Virus record (IMG/VR): IMGVR_UViG_3300027759_000054
Strand: one strand, 5' to 3'
Source: an uncultured virus (IMG/VR IMGVR_UViG_3300027759_000054)
Taxonomy: Duplodnaviria > Heunggongvirae > Uroviricota > Caudoviricetes
Length of the DNA: 60,200 bases
Below, piece by piece: positions 1-10,069 of this stretch (positions are counted from its first letter, which is position 1; every line of letters begins with the position of its first letter). The notes under the pieces were generated by a model. The model was given only the letters and a program-made list of their open reading frames with translations. It ran no database searches and was not told the DNA's origin. The translations under genes were made by a program, and so were the position numbers.

Positions 1-9
1 TATGGATAC

Positions 10-444
10 ATGAAGGGATCTGCTTATGCTGATGCAGAACTGCAAAGATTTGCTGCTAAGAATGCAACATTAACTGCAGACATGGAAAAGAAAAACTCTG
101 AGATCTCCACTGAAGTAGTGACTCAGTATGTTGATAGAACAAATACGATTAAGGAAAAAGAATATGTATATCGCGACATTGTCAAAGAAAGTGTTCCTAC
201 TCAGCATGTTATGTCTAACGGTTGGGTGTTCACGCACGACATTAGTGCCACAAGCAGTGATGCCGACGCCACCCGCACTTCTGATGCGTCCCCCTCTGGA
301 ATTACAGACACTACAGCCCTCCTCGCCATCATCGGAAACTACTCCAGATGCCAGCAAAATGCAGTCCAACTCACAGAACTCCAGCGCTGGATAAATGAGA
401 ATAAAACTGCGATCGACGAATTAAATAAGAAAGCGAAAAAGTAA
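10..444 (+). CDS. Rz-like i-spanin (probably 5'-truncated by the window edge)
   Basis: Coiled-coil-like ORF containing a nested lipoprotein ORF in the +1 frame; the reading frame is open back to base 1. Confidence 0.65.
   Translation: MKGSAYADAELQRFAAKNATLTADMEKKNSEISTEVVTQYVDRTNTIKEKEYVYRDIVKESVPTQHVMSNGWVFTHDISATSSDADATRTSDASPSGITDTTALLAIIGNYSRCQQNAVQLTELQRWINENKTAIDELNKKAKK
164..394 (+). CDS. Rz1-like o-spanin lipoprotein nested in Rz
   Basis: SD AAGGA at 151-155; signal peptide with lipobox LTVG-C; Pro-rich mature part (MPTPPALLMRPP). Confidence 0.7.
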   Translation: MYIATLSKKVFLLSMLCLTVGCSRTTLVPQAVMPTPPALLMRPPLELQTLQPSSPSSETTPDASKMQSNSQNSSAG

Positions 445-2720
445 TGGCAGAAAAAAAGTATATCGGTAAACCAGGAAAACAAGACGATCCTTGCTGGAAA
501 GGATATGAGATGGTAGGCATGAAGAAGAAGGGTGGACGTCAGGTTCCTAACTGTGTGCCCGAAGCAACCGATATTATTGCCAAAGCAAAGGCAGCAGTTG
601 CAAAAAAAGCAGGTGCCAAACTAAAGATGGATCCAGATACTGGAACACCTGACCATTTCACTGCTGCTCAAAGACGCAAGAAGGGTCTTGATGAAGCAAA
701 AAAAGAACACTATCCTAGAGAAGGATTCCCAGAAGAGGGTGACTATGGTTATCACCCAAATCCTGGTCTGAAACCACAGGAGAGCGATAGTGATGAAGAT
801 ATGGATGTTGCATACAAGAAAGCAACCGAGAAAGAGGGTCGCAAACCATTGAATGCAAAGATTATTGAGGGTGTGACCAATCCAGAAATCAAGAAAGCAT
901 ATGCTGATCTTATAAAAACTCCTAGTGGTTCTTCTGAACGTAAATCTGCCATCCGTCGTTACAAGAGTCTTCGTCAGAATGCTGTCAAAGAAGAAGTCGA
1001 AGGTAAGGTCTACTCTGTTCACGTCAAGGGTGATAGTAAGGATCACAACTCATCAGAGTTTAAAAAGCACCTAAAGGGTTGGGGCGGTGAATTACACTAC
1101 GCTTCTGATAAAGGCGCAGCGTATAAATTTAAGAAAGAGTATCAAGCGACTGGATTTCATCATGGTGTTAAATCTGGATTTAAAAGTCTTGATTCGGAAC
1201 ACGATGGTCAGGTCAAAGAAGAACTCGAAGAAGCATACGGCATGTGGAAGGTAGACTTCTCTAAGCAACATGCTGGTAAGGCAGTCGCTGCTGGTTCGGT
1301 TCACGTTAAGGCGCAGAACACTGCTCATGCTCACAAGGTTGCTGCTAAGAGAGTCGGTGTTGATCATAAGATGTTCAAGTCAACGGTTACCAAGTCAAGC
1401 ATTCTTCCAGAAGAAGCAGAACAACTTGACGAACTTTCTAAGAAGACCATCGCGTCGTATTCGGACAAAGCGTTCAAGTCTGATGTGCACCTGAATCGAG
1501 CACAAGACAGAAAGACATTGAAAAAGCAAACTAAACGCGAAAAAGGTATTAAGACTGCATATAATAAGTACTATGGTCGCAACGTAAAGGTCATGGCAAC
1601 TGAAGAACTCGGTAAGGACAACGAATGGGGAACTGATGCTCTCCGTAAGAAGTATGCTGCTATGACTCCTGGTCAAGAATCAATGGCAGCAGATAAGATC
1701 CCATCATTTGATCCACGTTACGACAATGTAACTACACAGTATTGTGGTGGCATCAGAGAAGGTTACTTGGCAGAGATCTCAGCAAGAGGTGCTGAAGCAC
1801 GTGCTAAGTTCCAAGCAAAAGTCAGACAAACACTGGCAGATCCTGCTAATATTAAAAGAGCAAAGAAAACTCTTGCGAAAAGAAAAGAAGCAGAAAAAGC
1901 AAAAGAACCAGCACATCTTGTAATGCAACTACGTAAAGCAGTAAGCATTGGTTCAAAGGTTCACTTCCAAGATGGCAGTCATCATGCTATTACGGGAAAT
2001 CATGCTGACATATTCATGTCGAAGTATAACTCCGCCAAGTCTTCTATCGAAAAAGAAGCACTACAGAAGCGTGCGCATAAATCTCACTCTGAGTTTATGA
2101 GAACAATCGCTGAGGATCACTCACCATATTGCGAACCAATGGATAACATGGGTGCAAATAATGTTGATTCCTATGAAGCACACAGAGGTTCGGGTGAACA
2201 GATCTCTCCAGTAATTTCACATGATGATGAAGACATTCGCTTCCAAGATTTTGATGAGACAGCATTCGAAAAAGAACTTGAAGCAGATGTTCTTGCTCTT
2301 TCGTGGGATGATATGGTAGATCTCTATGATGAAGATGAAATTGAATACGACGATTCACCTGAAGAAGAAGGTGAAGATCTAGAAGAAGGAATTACTCCTG
2401 CAGGTCGTCTCAAGAAAAGATTTAATGCGATGCGTTCTAAGAGTCGCCGCATGATGGCAAGAAATATTGCAATTAAACGTGTTTCTTCACCAGAAAAACT
2501 TAAATCGAGATCAATTCGTGCTGCTCGTCGTATGGTATACAAGAGACTGTTGCGTAACAGAGATATTTCGACAGTATCTTCATCTGAAAAAACACGTCTC
2601 GAAGCACAGATAAAGCGTATGGCACCAATGGTTGCTCGCCTATCTGTAAGAGTCATGCCAGCAGTTCGTAAACTGGAGCAATCCAGAATCAAGAACAGCA
2701 GAATGAGAAAGAGGAAGTAA
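444..2720 (+). CDS. Large head/internal protein with many prohead-protease-type (L/I/V-x-E) sites
   Basis: Modules PCWKGY..VPNCVPE and LDELSKKT..SY separated by LDE/LEE/IIE/VKE motifs; basic C-terminus. Confidence 0.6.
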   Translation: MAEKKYIGKPGKQDDPCWKGYEMVGMKKKGGRQVPNCVPEATDIIAKAKAAVAKKAGAKLKMDPDTGTPDHFTAAQRRKKGLDEAKKEHYPREGFPEEGDYGYHPNPGLKPQESDSDEDMDVAYKKATEKEGRKPLNAKIIEGVTNPEIKKAYADLIKTPSGSSERKSAIRRYKSLRQNAVKEEVEGKVYSVHVKGDSKDHNSSEFKKHLKGWGGELHYASDKGAAYKFKKEYQATGFHHGVKSGFKSLDSEHDGQVKEELEEAYGMWKVDFSKQHAGKAVAAGSVHVKAQNTAHAHKVAAKRVGVDHKMFKSTVTKSSILPEEAEQLDELSKKTIASYSDKAFKSDVHLNRAQDRKTLKKQTKREKGIKTAYNKYYGRNVKVMATEELGKDNEWGTDALRKKYAAMTPGQESMAADKIPSFDPRYDNVTTQYCGGIREGYLAEISARGAEARAKFQAKVRQTLADPANIKRAKKTLAKRKEAEKAKEPAHLVMQLRKAVSIGSKVHFQDGSHHAITGNHADIFMSKYNSAKSSIEKEALQKRAHKSHSEFMRTIAEDHSPYCEPMDNMGANNVDSYEAHRGSGEQISPVISHDDEDIRFQDFDETAFEKELEADVLALSWDDMVDLYDEDEIEYDDSPEEEGEDLEEGITPAGRLKKRFNAMRSKSRRMMARNIAIKRVSSPEKLKSRSIRAARRMVYKRLLRNRDISTVSSSEKTRLEAQIKRMAPMVARLSVRVMPAVRKLEQSRIKNSRMRKRK

Positions 2721-2721
2721 G

Positions 2722-3006
2722 ATGCTTTCGCTGAAAGAATTTATTGCTGAAGCAGCAGTTGATGCCAAGGGTCATAAAAGTTCCACTGGTGGGCTGACGC
2801 AAAAGGGACGCGATGCGTATAATGCTAAGGGCGGTAACTTACAGGCACCTGTGACCACTCCTCCTTCAAAGTTGAAGGCAGGTAGTAAAGCAGCAGGTCG
2901 TCGCAAGTCTTTCTGTGCTCGCATGGGTGGCGTCGAAGGTCCAATGAAAGATGAAAAGGGTCGTCCGACTCGTAAGGCACTAGCACTAAGAAAATGGAAT
3001 TGTTAA
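2722..3006 (+). CDS. Small basic capsid-internal protein (DUF6321-like)
   Basis: N-terminal MLSLKEFIAE resembles the T4 internal-protein capsid-targeting sequence; GGLT..GR, RRKSFCARM and LRKWNC motifs. Confidence 0.65.
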   Translation: MLSLKEFIAEAAVDAKGHKSSTGGLTQKGRDAYNAKGGNLQAPVTTPPSKLKAGSKAAGRRKSFCARMGGVEGPMKDEKGRPTRKALALRKWNC

Positions 3007-3007
3007 C

Positions 3008-3445
3008 ATGGAAGAATTGAACACATCAATGAAGATAGTGCTCGCGAACACTTTCGCGATGTATTTCAAAGCGCATGGACATCATTGGAATGTTGAAGGT
3101 AAAGACTTCTCTCAATTACATGACTTCTTTGCTAATCTCTATCAAGAATTATTTGCTGCAGTTGATCAGATTGCTGAGCAGATTCGCGCACTAGATGATT
3201 ATGCGCCATATGGTCTAGATACCATGTCAAGTATTGCCACTATCAAAGATTCATCATTCACTGGTGACAATATTCCGTTGATGCTTCAAGATCTTATAGA
3301 AGCTAATGCATCAGTCATCGAAGCATTAAATGCTGCACATAAACTGGCAGAAGCAGAAGGTAACAGAGGACTTGTTAATCACATTGAAGGGCGTCTTGAT
3401 GTTCATGCAAAACATGCATGGATGCTTCTCGCAACCTCAAAGTAA
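3008..3445 (+). CDS. dps: Dps / ferritin-like DNA protection protein
   Basis: HWNVEG..F..LH..F, DQIAEQIR and KHAWML motifs. Confidence 0.9.
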   Translation: MEELNTSMKIVLANTFAMYFKAHGHHWNVEGKDFSQLHDFFANLYQELFAAVDQIAEQIRALDDYAPYGLDTMSSIATIKDSSFTGDNIPLMLQDLIEANASVIEALNAAHKLAEAEGNRGLVNHIEGRLDVHAKHAWMLLATSK

Positions 3446-3453
3446 TATAAATA
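3446..3453 (+). promoter_or_regulatory. T4-type late promoter
   Basis: TATAAATA upstream of the ORF at 3478. Confidence 0.75.
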
Positions 3454-3477
3454 GATAAAAGATTAGAGGAACATTTA

Positions 3478-4836
3478 ATGAGACTAGAGCAAACTATCAG
3501 GTCAACTATGACTGAAGCGATGGACATGGACGGTAGACTTGACCAGTTGGTTCGCGCTGGTCTGATGCCAACGAGTTCGTTGCCACTTCTGAAGCGTGCC
3601 ATTTCTAGAATGCATGCTGGTATGTCACTTCAGGGTGCCGAGCGTGATGTAATGAACATGTTCATCAGTTCGATGATGTTCATTGTTCTCGGTGATGATA
3701 CTGTATTCAATAAGGCACGTGCTGGTGCTAAGGGTTATGCTACTGAAGAAACTGAACTCGACGAAAATGCTCCTATCGTTGCTCACCTGACCAAACGTTA
3801 TGGTGATAACATTCGTAAGAGTCATGTTATGTCTGCTGCTAAAGATTTCGGTGTTGATCCATCGAAACTTTCAAAGGCAGTTCGTAAGAAACTCGGCAAG
3901 TCAATGCTCGATGAAGCAAAAGAAAAGACAGAGTATGACTACGAAGGTGACATGGCAATGGGTCAACTGAAGTCAATCATTGCCAACTCGCAGCGTATGC
4001 ATGACATGTTGAGCGATGATACTAATCTACCTGAATGGGTGCAGTCCAAGATTACTTTGGCAGAAGATTACATTACAACCGCAAGCAATTACATGCAAGG
4101 TGAGATGAATGAAGAAAAAATGCCATTCGAAGGTCCATATAGAAAAGTCGGTGAGCGCAAAGACAAATATGGTAACACGGTAAAGAATGTTCCTAAGTTT
4201 CTTGCTAAGAAGGCAATGAACAACCAGAAGAACGAAGAAATCGATCCGGATCTTGAAGCTGAACTGAAGGCGACTCGCGTGACAAAGAAGTCCATGGAAG
4301 ATTCTAAGAAAACCCGCGAACGTGCTAGTGGCGTGAAAGAAGAAGCTGATTATTCTGAGAAGGGTGATGCTGAACGTATACGTAAGCGTCAAGAAGGATG
4401 GCAAAAAACATTCGACGCTCAGAAAGCAATGCAAAAGAAAGCAGCTGCTATTAAGCACGCTAATGAATTTCTAAAACGGTATAATAAAGAAGAAATCGAA
4501 GGTCTTGAAGAATATGCAGTGTCGAAAACGCCACCAACCGCTAGGACACTGAAACCTGAGGTTAAACCTACGATGAATCCTGCGTTTAAACCAAAAACAC
4601 GACAAAGCAGTGTCGGCACTCTTGCACGAGTTCGTAGCGGTATGGCAAAACGTTTAAACAATGGTAATGTCAAAGAAGATATTGATGCAGTAAAGCAAAT
4701 GAACGAGTCATATAAGACTGCATTTGAAACTGCTCTAAATGAATATGGTATCAAGTCTCCCTCGGAACTTGATGAATCGAAAAGAAAAGAATTTTTCAAT
4801 CACGTAGATCTAGAATTTAAAAAGGGAGACAATTAA
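3478..4836 (+). CDS. Head/internal protein with repeated x-x-E cleavage-type sites
   Basis: EGDMA..QL...LPEWVQSKITLA module common in T4-like phages; LDE/MNE/VKE repeats; late promoter upstream. Confidence 0.55.
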   Translation: MRLEQTIRSTMTEAMDMDGRLDQLVRAGLMPTSSLPLLKRAISRMHAGMSLQGAERDVMNMFISSMMFIVLGDDTVFNKARAGAKGYATEETELDENAPIVAHLTKRYGDNIRKSHVMSAAKDFGVDPSKLSKAVRKKLGKSMLDEAKEKTEYDYEGDMAMGQLKSIIANSQRMHDMLSDDTNLPEWVQSKITLAEDYITTASNYMQGEMNEEKMPFEGPYRKVGERKDKYGNTVKNVPKFLAKKAMNNQKNEEIDPDLEAELKATRVTKKSMEDSKKTRERASGVKEEADYSEKGDAERIRKRQEGWQKTFDAQKAMQKKAAAIKHANEFLKRYNKEEIEGLEEYAVSKTPPTARTLKPEVKPTMNPAFKPKTRQSSVGTLARVRSGMAKRLNNGNVKEDIDAVKQMNESYKTAFETALNEYGIKSPSELDESKRKEFFNHVDLEFKKGDN

Positions 4837-6374
4837 TGTCCGCATGGGGTAATAAAGACGATAAAACATCGGCAGGAACGGTAACTCTTACTGCACCTGC
4901 TATCACATTCAATGGTGCAACTGGGCATTCCGCTGGCGTGTATACTTCTGCTGCACATCCATTCCAACTTGGTGATCCTGTTGCATATGCAAACGGCGGA
5001 GGAACCTCTGTTGTTGGTCTAACATCTGGCACCACTTACTTTGTAACTAACGTAACAGCAAATACTTTCAGTGTTGCAACAACAGAAGCAAATGCGCTTC
5101 ACAATGTTCCAACCATTGTCGCTTCGACTGACGGTGTTGGTGCATCGCATACCTTCACACTAAGTCTAGATTACGGTCGTGGCACTCTAACAGGTTCAAG
5201 CACAAACTTCGATCCTGCTCTTGCAGTTGGTGATGTTGTTCGTGTTGGTGATCAGGAAATGATTGCTATTGCTGTTGCCAGTGACACAGTTGCTACGGTA
5301 ATTAATGCGAATCCAGGATCAGTTCTTACTGTATTTTCTGGTGAGAATTATACAATCAGTGAAAAACCAACCTCAATCGCATCGGTTTCAACAACAGATT
5401 TCCAATCAACTCAAGTCTTTGGTGTTGACAACACTGAAATCGCTGCTGGTGGTGACAATGTTGCCTCGGTTGCACTAATTCAAGGTGGCACACGTTATCT
5501 CGAAGTTCCTGCAGTTACCTTCTCTGGTGGCGGTGGTGCTTCTGCTGCTGCAACTGCTTCCATCGCAGGTGGATTAGTAACGGCAGTCGCAGTAACGAAC
5601 ACTGGTTCGTCATATGAAACTGTGCCAACTGTTGCTATTGCGAAACCAAAGCGCACTATTCCTACATCTGGCGTTAATACTACAACAGAAGCCATCACTT
5701 ATGCCAATCACGGATTAACTGCTGGCGAAGAAATCAAGTATTATCATAATGGTGGTACTGAACTTGCTGGTCTGACAAACGGAACATCTTACTATCCAGG
5801 ACAAGTAAATTCAAGTGCTTTCATCCTGTATAACACTGCCGCTCGTGGTGCCACTGCTGTTGCTAATATGACTATTGCTACTGCTGATGTTAACACAACT
5901 ACTAATTTTATCACTTCAACTGCCCATGGACTAGTTAATGGTGCAGAACTTAACTACAACAACCAAGGTGGTACGAGTATTACTGGTTTGACTTCGGGTA
6001 ATGATTACTTTGTTGTCAATAAGACTACCAATACTTTCCAACTAGCATTGACTTCGGGCGGCGCTGCTATCGATATTAGCGGCACTGGTAACAACTCGCA
6101 GACATTCATATCGACTGGTCGACTTAATCTAACAGGCACTGGAAACAATGCTCAGTATTTCGAAATCCAAGCATCTGCTGATCAAGCAACTGCAACTGCT
6201 GCTAAGGGTACAGGTGCAACTGGTACCTCTGCTCCTCACTCTGGTTGGGTGCAGCGCACAGTTGGAACTGGTGCTAACGCTGGTCGTGTGAAGTATGAAG
6301 TTCTGGTAGCACTCTCTAAGAATGCGATTGCATCTAGCGATGCTGCTGATGATATTGAATTCCCAGACGCATAA
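4836..6374 (+). CDS. Virion structural / fibre protein with three HG(L/F)xxG-type repeats
   Basis: Ala/Gly/Thr-rich; repeats HPFQLGD, HGLTAGE, HGLVNGA; termini MSAWG and HSGWV..GRVKYEVLVA typical of T4-like structural proteins. Confidence 0.7.
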   Translation: MSAWGNKDDKTSAGTVTLTAPAITFNGATGHSAGVYTSAAHPFQLGDPVAYANGGGTSVVGLTSGTTYFVTNVTANTFSVATTEANALHNVPTIVASTDGVGASHTFTLSLDYGRGTLTGSSTNFDPALAVGDVVRVGDQEMIAIAVASDTVATVINANPGSVLTVFSGENYTISEKPTSIASVSTTDFQSTQVFGVDNTEIAAGGDNVASVALIQGGTRYLEVPAVTFSGGGGASAAATASIAGGLVTAVAVTNTGSSYETVPTVAIAKPKRTIPTSGVNTTTEAITYANHGLTAGEEIKYYHNGGTELAGLTNGTSYYPGQVNSSAFILYNTAARGATAVANMTIATADVNTTTNFITSTAHGLVNGAELNYNNQGGTSITGLTSGNDYFVVNKTTNTFQLALTSGGAAIDISGTGNNSQTFISTGRLNLTGTGNNAQYFEIQASADQATATAAKGTGATGTSAPHSGWVQRTVGTGANAGRVKYEVLVALSKNAIASSDAADDIEFPDA

Positions 6375-6385
6375 GGCATTAAACA

Positions 6386-6838
6386 ATGGCAGATAGTAAA
6401 GTAACCGCCATGACTGCAGCGACATCGGTTTTAGGAACCGATGTCCTGTATCTCGTGAAACCAGCGACAAGTCCATATGATCATAAGGTTACTGTTGCCA
6501 ATCTATTTGGTGGCATTGCAGTTCCAGTAGTTTTGCAAGATGATTTGATTCTTGGTGGCACCGTGCAGACATTAACTTCTGCTGGTGCCATCAGCATTGC
6601 AACTCTAGTAACAAAGATTACTTCACCAAGTGGTGCAGGAACTTTAACTATTGCTGATGGTGTAGATGGACAAATTAAAGTTATCATAATGGTAAGCAAT
6701 AATGCTAATCATGCATTGACAATCAATTCTAATATTGGTCATACTTCTATTGTTTTTAATTCAATCGGTGATACTGCCAATTTAATTTTCTTATCAGGAA
6801 ATTGGTATTTCCTCGGGGGAACGGCGACAGTTACATAA
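6386..6838 (+). CDS. Virion structural protein
   Basis: MADSKVTAMTAAT fibre-type N-terminus; beta-rich composition. Confidence 0.55.
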   Translation: MADSKVTAMTAATSVLGTDVLYLVKPATSPYDHKVTVANLFGGIAVPVVLQDDLILGGTVQTLTSAGAISIATLVTKITSPSGAGTLTIADGVDGQIKVIIMVSNNANHALTINSNIGHTSIVFNSIGDTANLIFLSGNWYFLGGTATVT

Positions 6839-6839
6839 C

Positions 6840-7202
6840 ATGGTTGAACTAAATAATGATACCTTCTTGATTTATGCTATTAAAAATTATGACAATCCCA
6901 GTTGTAATGGGATGCCTGATTTGGAAGAAGATTTAAAAAGATTTAAATACATAAAACGGTTGTTTAAACGGTATGAAAATACTGATGTTTTAAATGAACG
7001 ATTGATACTAAATCATATAATTGTTTTATATAATGTGTTTGGTAATGCGACAACTAACATGCTGTTCTACAAAATAGAAGAGAGATATTGGCACTACTTG
7101 AAAACATTCCTCGTGTTTCTTAACAGAATGACGAGCAGTTCTATGGTTGAAGTCAATTTAGACCAGAATATAGTAACAAGGTTAAGAGAACTTAATGTCT
7201 AG
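6840..7202 (+). CDS. Conserved T4-like phage hypothetical protein
   Basis: YAIKNYDNP..EDLKRFKYIKRL..ERLILNH motif recurrent in aquatic T4-like phages. Confidence 0.6.
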   Translation: MVELNNDTFLIYAIKNYDNPSCNGMPDLEEDLKRFKYIKRLFKRYENTDVLNERLILNHIIVLYNVFGNATTNMLFYKIEERYWHYLKTFLVFLNRMTSSSMVEVNLDQNIVTRLRELNV

Positions 7203-7743
7203 ATTTGTAGATGCACTGATAACATATCGTATTCTAAGGTTGTTGACTACACCTTTCGATCAACAGGATGCATTTCGTCTAGGATTGATCGATAAGCATG
7301 GTAATCGATTGAAGAAAGAGAATGAACTAAATACTACTGAAGAACAAGAGGCATATAGTCTGCTTCACAGAATGGTATTTAGATTAAAAAGAATCATCGA
7401 GAAGGTTCCTATGGACAATAAGAACTTCCTTTCGTTTGCAACTGCAGTTGCTCTGGTGCGTGAAGGTATCGAATATGATGATGAAATATTAGAGGAAGTT
7501 TTTTATATGACACAAGAACGCCAAGATGTTAAAGATCTCGCTGAAGAACTCGAGTCAGGAAAGATTCAGTCATTCAAACAGTTCGTTGAAGAGATGGGCG
7601 TTGCTGGTGGTGGAATTGCTGGGATTGGTATTCCGAATCCAACAAAAGCAAACCAAGCAGAACCTGGACTTACTAAGAGTCAACAGAAAAAATATAAAAA
7701 GAAGAACACAACAAGTTCTCCTATATTGATTAGAAGGAAGTAA
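7195..7743 (+). CDS. Conserved T4-like phage hypothetical protein
   Basis: YRILRLLTTPF..AFRLGLID motif; internal SFKQFVEE. Confidence 0.55.
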   Translation: MSRFVDALITYRILRLLTTPFDQQDAFRLGLIDKHGNRLKKENELNTTEEQEAYSLLHRMVFRLKRIIEKVPMDNKNFLSFATAVALVREGIEYDDEILEEVFYMTQERQDVKDLAEELESGKIQSFKQFVEEMGVAGGGIAGIGIPNPTKANQAEPGLTKSQQKKYKKKNTTSSPILIRRK

Positions 7744-7744
7744 C

Positions 7745-8200
7745 ATGAAGGGCATATTGGATTTCGTAAAGGTATCGAACAGTATCGACTCTCTAGAAAA
7801 ACTAGAGATCGAAAAGGGCAAAGTCCAGATCATGATCATGAAGATGGCAGCAATTACGCTGGGATCCATCATGCTTTCAGTTGTGATCATGATGTTGATC
7901 GGATTGTTTATGCCAAATGCAATGATCGATAACAATGAGATCTTTAAGATTATTGGTCCAGCATTCTCGATGATTGTTGGTGCGTTCGTTGGTGCATTTG
8001 CTACGATGATGAACATGAAAGTTTCTGAGTTCGATCCTAATGTCAAGGTCCAAGAAATGGGCAAGACTGACTATAAGCACATCGCCGAAGCACATACTGA
8101 ACATGCTAAGGCAGAGTCGATCGAGGCAGACACTGAAATCAAACTAATGGCAGCGGTCGATAAGTATAAAGACAGCGACGACGACTTCGGTCCATTCTAA
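7745..8200 (+). CDS. Two-TM membrane protein, holin candidate
   Basis: Two hydrophobic helices; immediately upstream of the endolysin. Confidence 0.45.
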   Translation: MKGILDFVKVSNSIDSLEKLEIEKGKVQIMIMKMAAITLGSIMLSVVIMMLIGLFMPNAMIDNNEIFKIIGPAFSMIVGAFVGAFATMMNMKVSEFDPNVKVQEMGKTDYKHIAEAHTEHAKAESIEADTEIKLMAAVDKYKDSDDDFGPF

Positions 8201-8210
8201 GGAGTAGATA

Positions 8211-9386
8211 ATGACACAACTAACTGAACATTTTACTCTCGCTGAAATGATTGTATCGCCAACCGCAAAGCGTCTTGGTATTCCTAACACACCAACTCCT
8301 GCTCACATTGAGAACATGCGTTACTGCTGTGAAAAGATTCTCGAACCTGTTCGTGCTAAGTTTGGTCCAGTAACAATCAACTCTTCGTATCGTGCACCAC
8401 TTGTCAATAAGGCAGTTGGTGGATCTGCTACTTCCCAACACGTTAATGGTCAAGCAATTGACTTTGAAGTAAAGGGTGTAGACAATAAGAAGGTTGCTGA
8501 CTGGGTTGCTGACAATCTAGAATTTGACCAAGTCATTCTAGAATTCTATTCTTCAGGCGACAAGAACTCAGGTTGGGTTCATGCTTCAATTAAGAAGGAA
8601 GGCGGCAATCGTAAGATGCGTATGGTCGCCACCAAGTCTAAGGCAGGTGGAACAAAGTATACACAAGTCAAAGACTTCGATCCAAGCACAACCAAAGAAG
8701 CAGGTGCACCTGTTGTAGAAGCAGTCGCGCAGGTTGCTAAGGCAGCAGTCCAAGCACCAACTGTTGCTGGTCTCGGACCAATGCAATCACTGCAAGCAAA
8801 ATGTGGTGTCTCTGCTGACGGTAAGTGGGGTCCAGGAACATTCAAGGCAGCGAGAGATTACTTCAAACTATCGACTGCACAAGCAGCACACTTCTTCGGA
8901 CAGTGCGCTCACGAGTCAGGTGGATTTAAGGTGTTCTCTGAGAACCTAAACTACAGTGACAAGGGTCTGAATGGTATCTTCAAGAAGTATTTCCCAACAA
9001 TCGCATCGACTGCAGGGTATGCTCGCAAACCAGAGAAGATTGCTAACAAGGTTTACGCAAATCGTATGGGTAATGGACCAGAGTCATCGGGCGATGGGTA
9101 TAAGTTCCGTGGTCGTGGACCAATCCAGTTAACTGGCAAGAGCAACTACACTCAATTCGCTCAAGACATCGGTCGTCCTGATGTTTTAACAAATCCTGAC
9201 ATCGTTGCAACCGAACTCGCATTCGAGTCAGCACTATGGTTCTTTAACAAGAACGGTCTGTTCGCAATCGCTGCTAAGGGTGTATCTGATGCAGTTATTG
9301 GTCAGATTACTCGTCGTGTAAATGGTGGAACGCATGGTCTAGATGATCGCATCAAGAAAACTAAACAATTCGCAGCATGGGGATAA
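8211..9386 (+). CDS. Endolysin: peptidase M15 + PG-binding linker + GH19 muramidase
   Basis: SSYR..N..VGG...SQH..GQAID..WVH (M15); ADGKWGPGT; QCAHES..ENLNYS..FRGRGPIQLTG..NY..INGG-like (GH19). Confidence 0.88.
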   Translation: MTQLTEHFTLAEMIVSPTAKRLGIPNTPTPAHIENMRYCCEKILEPVRAKFGPVTINSSYRAPLVNKAVGGSATSQHVNGQAIDFEVKGVDNKKVADWVADNLEFDQVILEFYSSGDKNSGWVHASIKKEGGNRKMRMVATKSKAGGTKYTQVKDFDPSTTKEAGAPVVEAVAQVAKAAVQAPTVAGLGPMQSLQAKCGVSADGKWGPGTFKAARDYFKLSTAQAAHFFGQCAHESGGFKVFSENLNYSDKGLNGIFKKYFPTIASTAGYARKPEKIANKVYANRMGNGPESSGDGYKFRGRGPIQLTGKSNYTQFAQDIGRPDVLTNPDIVATELAFESALWFFNKNGLFAIAAKGVSDAVIGQITRRVNGGTHGLDDRIKKTKQFAAWG

Positions 9387-9390
9387 GAAT

Positions 9391-9561
9391 ATGCTAAATC
9401 AAATTAAAGATGCACTAAAGAAACTTTTCGGTTTCGTCGACACTAACAAAGATGGCAAGGTCGATCTTGCTGAGATCACTGCTGCTGTTGACAAGGCAGA
9501 AGCAAAGGTTGAAGAAGTCAAGGCAGTTGTCAAAAAAGTACGTAAACCAAAGGCAAAGTAA
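9391..9561 (+). CDS. Small protein with an EF-hand-like motif
   Basis: DTNKDGKVDLAE; basic C-terminus. Confidence 0.55.
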   Translation: MLNQIKDALKKLFGFVDTNKDGKVDLAEITAAVDKAEAKVEEVKAVVKKVRKPKAK

Positions 9562-10029
9562 TTGGAATCTTTGGAAACAAAAGTCGCGGTAATCGAACAC
9601 GATCTGAAGCAAATTCAGGTCGTGTTCAGTCGTCTCGACCTCGCCATCGAAAAGATTGGTGATGTTTCCAACTGCATCAACAAGATGCTTGCCGTGCATG
9701 ATACTAAACTCGAGGCACAAGAAAATGTCAACGAAGATATCTATCGGAGTTTAGAAGTGCATAGACAAGAAACCAAGGAAAGTAACGCCGAGTTACACTC
9801 GCGTATCACAACAACCACACGTGAACTTGAGGCAAAAATTCAGTCTACCGAAGACAAGATGCTTGCTGCTATCAGAGAACTTAAAGGTTCAGTTGATAAA
9901 GAAGAAGAAAAACATAAAAAACGTATTGACAAATTGGAAAAAACCAAGTATATTATGATTGGTGGTGGTATCGTTATCGGTGCTATCATTACCAAGATAC
10001 TTCCAATGCTTATGAAATTTATTCAATAA
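9562..10029 (+). CDS. Coiled-coil protein with C-terminal TM helix
   Basis: Heptad pattern followed by IMIGGGIVIGAII; TTG start. Confidence 0.55.
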   Translation: MESLETKVAVIEHDLKQIQVVFSRLDLAIEKIGDVSNCINKMLAVHDTKLEAQENVNEDIYRSLEVHRQETKESNAELHSRITTTTRELEAKIQSTEDKMLAAIRELKGSVDKEEEKHKKRIDKLEKTKYIMIGGGIVIGAIITKILPMLMKFIQ

Positions 10030-10034
10030 AAGCC

Positions 10035-10063
10035 TTTACTTTTCCCTCGTTTCGAGGTATAAC
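10035..10063 (+). promoter_or_regulatory. Sigma70-type promoter (primase)
   Basis: TTTACT-17-TATAAC. Confidence 0.55.
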
Positions 10064-10069
10064 TATATT

